From positions 160,001-224,000 of the forward strand of contig CAVPCT010000002.1 in assembly GCA_963702475.1 (NCBI GenBank): a DNA stretch of 64,000 nucleotides. The letters are read 5' to 3'. The stretch comes from an uncultured Thermoleophilia bacterium. Its GTDB lineage: Bacteria; Actinomycetota; Thermoleophilia; UBA2241. Positions 60,275-64,000 of this stretch are shown piece by piece. A program made the translations under genes and the position numbers. Positions within the stretch are counted from its first letter, which is position 1. Every line of letters begins with the position of its first letter. The notes beneath the pieces are model-generated. The model saw only the letters and a program-made list of their open reading frames with translations, did no database searches and was not told the DNA's origin.

Positions 60275-61483
60275 TCAGTAACGCACCATCAGCTTCTTCG
60301 TTGCGGACGTCAGCCCGTCCACCGTGAGCTCGAACATGGGGAAGACCCCGCGTACCTTGCGGATCGTCACGCTGCCGTAGGCGCGCTCCCAGTCCGGTTC
60401 GGGGATGGTGTTGAGCCACACGGAGTGGTCGAAGTGGCGGCGCAGGCGCTTGAGCCACTCGATGCCGGGCTCGTCGTTGCCGTAGCCCCACCAGATGATG
60501 CCGTCGCGGGCCATGAGCTCGCTGGGGGCCATGGCCGCGTCGCCGACGATGATGAGCTTGTAGTCGCTGGGCAACTCCTGAAGTACGCGCCGAGTGGAGA
60601 TGGCCTCCGACGACGTCATGCGCGTGCTCGTGTACAGCCAGTCGTATACGCAGTTGTGGAAGTAGTAGGACCGCAGGTCCTTGAAGTGGCTGCTGCGGTT
60701 CACGGCGCTGAAGAGCTGGCTGCAGAGGCGGATGTAGGGGTGCATGGAGCCGCCGACGTCCATGAGCAGCAGCACTTTGACGGCGTTCTTGCGGCTCTTG
60801 CGCCACACGAGACTCAGGCGGCCGGCGTTGCCCGCCGTCTCCTCGATGGTCTCGTCGAGGTCGAGCTCGTCGGGTACGCCCTCGTTGCGCGAGCTGAGCT
60901 GGCGCAGGCGCCGCAGGGCGAGCTCGAACTGCCGCACGCCGACCTCCTGGTCGGTGCGGTAGCCGCGGTAGCGGCGCTCGCCGGCCACCTTGACGGCTGA
61001 CCTGTTGCGGCTCTCGCCGCCGACGCGGATCCCGCCGGGGTGGAAGCCGGAGTGGCCGAAGGGGCTGGTGCCACCGGTGCCCACCCAGTGGTTGCCGCCG
61101 TGGTGCGCCTCCGTCTGCTCCTTGAGGCGTTCCTCGAACAGGCGTTGCAGCTCGTCGAGGTCGAGGTCTTCGAACAGGGCGGCCAGTGCGCGGCGGTCCT
61201 CCTCGCTGAGACCCGGCATGTTGAGCGGGTCCGAGAGCCAGTCCCAGACCTCGTCCTGGATCGCGAGCGGCGTCTCGATGCCCTGGAACATCGCCGCGAA
61301 GGCCTGGTCGTACTGGTCGAAGTACGCCTCCGACTTGACCAGCACGCTGCGGGCGACGGCGTAGAACTCGTCCAGGCCGGCCGGAGCGAGCCCCATGGCG
61401 AGCGCCCGCATGAGGGCGAGCCACTCCGTCACGGTGACGGGCACGCCGTAGGCGCGCAGGAGGTAGAAGAAGTCCGTGAACAC
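60275..61483 (-). CDS. VWA domain-containing protein (CoxE-like), MoxR partner
   Basis: GTGGTSPFGHSG, ELDLDETI, DVGGSM MIDAS motif, YFHNC, VGDA.M, WLN. GTG 61483 start. Confidence 0.9.
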   Translation of the reverse strand: MFTDFFYLLRAYGVPVTVTEWLALMRALAMGLAPAGLDEFYAVARSVLVKSEAYFDQYDQAFAAMFQGIETPLAIQDEVWDWLSDPLNMPGLSEEDRRALAALFEDLDLDELQRLFEERLKEQTEAHHGGNHWVGTGGTSPFGHSGFHPGGIRVGGESRNRSAVKVAGERRYRGYRTDQEVGVRQFELALRRLRQLSSRNEGVPDELDLDETIEETAGNAGRLSLVWRKSRKNAVKVLLLMDVGGSMHPYIRLCSQLFSAVNRSSHFKDLRSYYFHNCVYDWLYTSTRMTSSEAISTRRVLQELPSDYKLIIVGDAAMAPSELMARDGIIWWGYGNDEPGIEWLKRLRRHFDHSVWLNTIPEPDWERAYGSVTIRKVRGVFPMFELTVDGLTSATKKLMVRY

Positions 61484-61490
61484 GGCGCGC

Positions 61491-61604
61491 TCACCCGCCC
61501 CGGTGCTGCCTGAGCACGCGTAGTGCGATGACGACGAGCAGCACGGCGAGGACCGCGACGATGATCGCCGCCGCGATGACCTCGAACGAGCCGATGACGG
61601 GCAC
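61491..61604 (-). CDS. 37-aa single-TM small protein
   Basis: GGAGG SD, GTG start, sequence MPVIGSFEVIAAAIIVAVLAVLLVVIALRVLRQHRGG; fills the gap between the moxR and VWA genes. Confidence 0.5.
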   Translation of the reverse strand: MPVIGSFEVIAAAIIVAVLAVLLVVIALRVLRQHRGG

Positions 61605-61635
61605 GGGTGCCTCCGCGGCGTCGCGGCCGGACTCG

Positions 61636-62469
61636 CTACCGCCGCCGGCCGCCGGCCAGGGCGCGTTGCGCGACGTCCACATCGTGGTCCTTCTTGAGAA
61701 GCACGCCCATGAAGGGCAGGCGCGCGGCGATCTCCCGCTGGTCGACGCCGCCGCGCGCCAGCGCCTGTACCCAGTCGATGAGTTCGCTGGTGCTGGGCTT
61801 CTTCTGCAGGCCCGGCACGTCGCGCAGCCAGAAGAATGCCTGGATGGCGAGCTCGAGCAGCGAGCGGTCGAGGTCGGGCACGTGCACGCGCACGATGCGC
61901 TCCATCATCTCCGCGTCGGGGAACGCGATGTAGTGGAACACGCAGCGCCGCAGGAAGGCGTCGGGCAGCTCCTTCTCCGCGTTGGAGGTGATCAGCACGA
62001 TGGGCCGGTGCACGGCGTGCACGTCCTCGTGCGTCTCGGGGATGTGGAACTCCATGCGGTCGAGCTCCCACAGCAGGTCGTTGGGGAACTCCAGGTCGGC
62101 CTTGTCGATCTCGTCGATGAGCAGCACCACGCGTTCCCCGCTGCGGAACGCCTCACCCAGCTTGCCGGGCTTGATGTACTGCGCGATGTCGCTGACGTCG
62201 CGGTCGCCGAACTGGCCGTCGTACAGGCGCTGGACCGTGTCGTATACGTAGAGGCCGTCCTGCGCCTTGGTCGTCGACTTGATGTTCCAGACGATCAGCG
62301 GCATCTCCAGTCCGGCGGCGATGCTCTGCGCGAGCATCGTCTTGCCGGTGCCCGGTTCGCCCTTGATGAGCAGCGGGCGGCCCAGCTGCACGGCGACGTT
62401 GACGGTCTGCATGAGGTCGGGCGCGGCGATGTAGTCGCTCGTGCCGGTGTAGGAGAAGGACTGGCCCAT
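61636..62469 (-). CDS. MoxR family AAA+ ATPase
   Basis: GEPGTGKT, LLIDEIDKAD, ITSNAEKELPDAFLRRC, KKPSTSEL. Confidence 0.93.
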   Translation of the reverse strand: MGQSFSYTGTSDYIAAPDLMQTVNVAVQLGRPLLIKGEPGTGKTMLAQSIAAGLEMPLIVWNIKSTTKAQDGLYVYDTVQRLYDGQFGDRDVSDIAQYIKPGKLGEAFRSGERVVLLIDEIDKADLEFPNDLLWELDRMEFHIPETHEDVHAVHRPIVLITSNAEKELPDAFLRRCVFHYIAFPDAEMMERIVRVHVPDLDRSLLELAIQAFFWLRDVPGLQKKPSTSELIDWVQALARGGVDQREIAARLPFMGVLLKKDHDVDVAQRALAGGRRR

Positions 62470-62590
62470 GGCGTGCGCTTTCGCTCGGCTGTGTACTGGC
62501 GGGGGCGCCGGAGCGGCACCCGGCGGAGTGTATCAGAGGCTCGCCGCCGGCTGAGCCGCCGTTCGGCCGTGCCCGGCGGCCGCGACCGCG

Positions 62591-64000
62591 TCAGTCGGTC
62601 GCGATGGGGCGCCGGTCCTCTGCGCGCGGGAACCTCTTGCGCGCGGAGGCCAGCTCGCGGAGCGTCTCCTGCAGGCCGGCGCGCGCGAGCGGCCGCAGGG
62701 TGGACGTGTCCAGGATGTTGTCCGGAGTGCGACCTTCGCGCGATGCCTGCGCGTGGTGCTCGAGCTGGATCCTCGTGACGTTCACGAACGCCTCGCGCAA
62801 GGTGGCCTCGCAGTCCTGCGCCTGGGAGTCGATGCCACAGACCGCCGAGAGGCGTTCCAGCGTGCCCTGCAGCACGATCCCTCGCGCGAACGCCTGGTAC
62901 CGCGCCAGGTTCTGGATGGGCACCAGGCAGTTCTTCTTGATGTCCAGCCAGCCCTCCAGGCGCTGCATGAACCCGAGCGGGAGGCGGATGGTGAGGCCCA
63001 GGCGCTCGAGACCGCGCAGAAAGCGGGGATGGTCGGGGACGGTGCGCATGATGTCCGTCAAGGCCTGGTCCACGAAGAGCTCCCCGGCCACCTGGCGGTA
63101 GTCGAAACACACGCTGGCGCGCGCGAGCCTGTCGAGGTCGCGCCCCTCCAGGCTGTACACGAAGATCTCCTTCCAGCCGCTCAGGGTCGTCCGCCACTGG
63201 CGGTTGCGGGCCAGAACGCCGTGCGGGTCGGCGGGGAACCCGCAGCGCGCGAGGCCCCGGTTCACATCTTCTGCCATGAGGCGGAAGTATTCGTCCACGG
63301 CGGGGTCGTCGGTGTCGGCGTAGGCCAGGCCGTTGTCCTGGTCGGACGCCAGGGTGAGCTCGCTGCGGGCTGCGCTGCCGAAGGCGAGCCACGCGTAGGG
63401 CACGGGGGGCTCGCCGAGGCGGTCGGTGGCGAGCTCGAGCAGGCGTGCCGTGATGGAGTCGGCCAGTACCGTGAGCACGTGCGTGAGGGAGGGGCCGTCG
63501 AGGTGGGCGTCCAGCAGGTCGAGGAAGAGCTTGGGGACGTCGGCCGCCGCCCTGACCAGCTCATCCTCGTCGGCCGACCACTGGATCGACCGTCGCAGCG
63601 CGAACGGGCTGCGGCCCTCGAGGGACATGAGGTTGCTGGCGGAGACGACGCCGACCACGGCGCCGTCGGGGTCCAGCACGGGCAGGTGGTTCACACCAGC
63701 GGTCATCATGGCGATGCTGGCCTCCGGGGCGAGCGTCTCGCTGCCGACGGTGTGGACGGGCGTGCTCATGATGGCCGTGACCGGCGCGTCGCGGGATACC
63801 TCACCCATGACCACCTTGTCGCGCATGTCCACGTCCGTGACGATGCCGAGCCCCTCGGGTGTGCGCACGAGGATGCACGATCGCCCGCCCTCCGCCATGA
63901 TCCGCGCGGCCTCCCGGATGGTGGTGTCGGGCTCGCAGAAGAGGGGCGTGCTGCGCACCACGGCCGTGACGGGCAGGGTGCGCACTTCGGGCAGCGCGCT
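62591..64000 (-). CDS. CBS + DUF294 putative nucleotidyltransferase, second paralog (5' end beyond the window)
   Basis: GIVTD, FGSAARSELTLASDQDNGL, DIKK; collinear with 57019..58836; frame is open to the window edge. Confidence 0.9.
   Translation of the reverse strand, partial: SALPEVRTLPVTAVVRSTPLFCEPDTTIREAARIMAEGGRSCILVRTPEGLGIVTDVDMRDKVVMGEVSRDAPVTAIMSTPVHTVGSETLAPEASIAMMTAGVNHLPVLDPDGAVVGVVSASNLMSLEGRSPFALRRSIQWSADEDELVRAAADVPKLFLDLLDAHLDGPSLTHVLTVLADSITARLLELATDRLGEPPVPYAWLAFGSAARSELTLASDQDNGLAYADTDDPAVDEYFRLMAEDVNRGLARCGFPADPHGVLARNRQWRTTLSGWKEIFVYSLEGRDLDRLARASVCFDYRQVAGELFVDQALTDIMRTVPDHPRFLRGLERLGLTIRLPLGFMQRLEGWLDIKKNCLVPIQNLARYQAFARGIVLQGTLERLSAVCGIDSQAQDCEATLREAFVNVTRIQLEHHAQASREGRTPDNILDTSTLRPLARAGLQETLRELASARKRFPRAEDRRPIATD

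Overview
A high-GC bacterial chromosome segment; gene content and codon style suggest an Actinomycetota (possibly Thermoleophilia-like) genome, which is inference only. The backbone is housekeeping: secD-secF, tRNA-Ala, leuS, comEA-comEC, holA, rpsT, murJ, a coupled lepA-GNAT-hemW-hrcA-dnaJ-prmA-mtaB-yqeY/phoH-ybeY-dgkA-cdd-era run, deoC, hisI and tRNA-Leu, with accessory genes in between. The most notable item is a Dlt-like envelope acylation operon directly after tRNA-Leu (47580-53867). It encodes an iron-sulfur flavoprotein, a carrier protein, a 61-aa DltX-like peptide ending FRYVGF, an adenylation enzyme that is not DltA-like, an MBOAT and two paralogous DltD/SGNH-like proteins. Other items of interest: an adenylate cyclase-STAND NTPase fused through a membrane helix to an apparently inactive HtrA-like protease-PDZ module; an in-frame YqeY-PhoH fusion across a G6 tract; a flippase-like gene that seems to start at ATC; two small ORFs with good Shine-Dalgarno sites; and two deletion-eroded pseudogenes. 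I saw no CRISPR array, transposase, integrase or rRNA. All calls come from motif reading by eye; no searches were run.
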